Shown here in pieces: positions 24,682-25,229 of a DNA stretch of 25,229 bases (the first letter of the stretch is position 1; each line of letters starts with the position of its first letter). The translations under genes and the position numbers were made by a program. The notes beneath the pieces were generated by a model. That model did not search any database. It saw only the letters and a program-made list of their open reading frames with translations, and was not told the origin of the DNA. The DNA is taken from assembly GCA_964368755.1 (NCBI GenBank), contig CAYJCR010000010.1:1-25229 (forward strand). Reading direction: 5' to 3'. Source of the DNA: an uncultured Lachnospiraceae bacterium. Its GTDB lineage: Bacteria > Bacillota > Clostridia > Christensenellales > UBA1242.

Positions 24682-24702
24682 ACAATACTACCTTCTTGAT
24701 AG

Positions 24703-24731
24703 ATTATACCAAATAATATTAATATTGACAA
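24703..24731 (-). promoter_or_regulatory. SigmaA-type promoter for recN
   Basis: Minus strand has TTGTCA (plus 24726-24731), a 17-nt spacer, then an extended -10 TGGTATAAT (TATAAT at plus 24703-24708). Confidence 0.55.
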
Positions 24732-24743
24732 ACCAATTGGCAA

Positions 24744-24765
24744 CAAAAAAAGCCCTATTGGACTT
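24744..24765 (-). terminator. Probable terminator after argR
   Basis: The minus RNA forms AAGUCC-AAUA-GGGCUU (6 bp including one G:U) followed by U7. Confidence 0.45.
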
Positions 24766-24770
24766 CTTGT

Positions 24771-25229
24771 TTATGCAGAGAATATTTCATTAAGCTTGTG
24801 ACAAGCTACATCGGCAGTCTTATTGTCTGGGAAGATGATCATAAGTGTATCATCACCATTAACAACTCCCATAACACCATCGATATTGAACTTATCTATC
24901 ATACCAGTAATACCAAATGACAAGCCTTTGAGTGTTCTTATAACAACTAAGTTCTGAGCAGACTTAATTGATATAACTGCTTCTTTGAACAATATTATAT
25001 GCTTGTTGGATACTTGTTGGTCAGTTGACTCGACTAGGGCATACTTGTATCTATTGCTGTCAGATGACAAAATCTTGATAAGACCCAACTCTTTAATATC
25101 TCTAGAAATTGTAGCCTGTGTTATATCAAAATTCGCTGCTCTAAGCAAAGAGACTAACTCATCTTGAGTCTCAATCTCCTTTGCAGAAATCAAATCTAAT
25201 ATCTTTGATTGACGTGCTGATCTTGCCAT
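24771..25229 (-). CDS. argR: Arginine repressor (ArgR/AhrC)
   Basis: RQSKILDLISAKEIETQDELVSLLRAANFDITQATISRDIKELGL is the winged-helix N-domain, and GVVNGDDTLMIIF is the C-terminal oligomerisation/arginine-binding motif (GTIAGDDT-like). The ATG is the last three bases of the window, so the upstream context cannot be seen. Confidence 0.85.
   Translation of the reverse strand: MARSARQSKILDLISAKEIETQDELVSLLRAANFDITQATISRDIKELGLIKILSSDSNRYKYALVESTDQQVSNKHIILFKEAVISIKSAQNLVVIRTLKGLSFGITGMIDKFNIDGVMGVVNGDDTLMIIFPDNKTADVACHKLNEIFSA

Noticed and set aside
24670-24695. Possible LexA (Cheo) box at the recN start (GTATGCTTAGTTCG)
   Set aside because: Only the GTTCG half matches CGAAC-N4-GTTCG, since the left half is GTATG. 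It also overlaps the start codon rather than the promoter.

Overview
Visibly AT-rich, low-GC Firmicutes-type chromosome (Clostridia/Bacilli-like). Almost every gene is on the minus strand, which fits a leading-strand core region. The window joins several blocks that are conserved in endospore-forming Firmicutes. Read in minus-strand transcription order: argR-recN-spoIVB-(spo0A-like)-spoIIM-punA-PBP5, then M50 protease-scpA-scpB, ytfI-ytfJ-dacB-rluB, FAD oxidoreductase-cmk-plsC, and rpsA. A small non-core islet follows (about 5770-8900). It holds an orphan plus-strand ORF, divergent tRNA-Val/tRNA-Thr genes, a frameshifted CYTH gene, an S51-like peptidase and a YdeN-like hydrolase. After the islet come rpmB, metG, a membrane protein, tmk, an SDR and a further orphan ORF. 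I see no CRISPR array, transposase, integrase, toxin-antitoxin pair or recognisable multi-gene defence or secondary-metabolite system. I cannot honestly nominate a clear novel system here. The observations most worth a second look are: (1) the gene in the spo0A position has a recognisable Spo0A DNA-binding domain but an apparently degenerate receiver domain; (2) a G9 homopolymer sits inside the hydrolase ORF of this AT-rich genome; (3) the CYTH gene is frameshifted and lies directly behind tRNA-Thr; (4) two promoter/terminator-bracketed orphan ORFs have no recognisable domains; (5) ScpB carries a 70-aa poly-acidic tail; (6) the MetRS has a KMSKS->KASSS motif and an insertion; (7) TTGT(C/A)TAT 8-mers cluster in the rpmB-metG spacer. 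All protein calls come from motif recognition and by-eye alignment, since no searches were possible.
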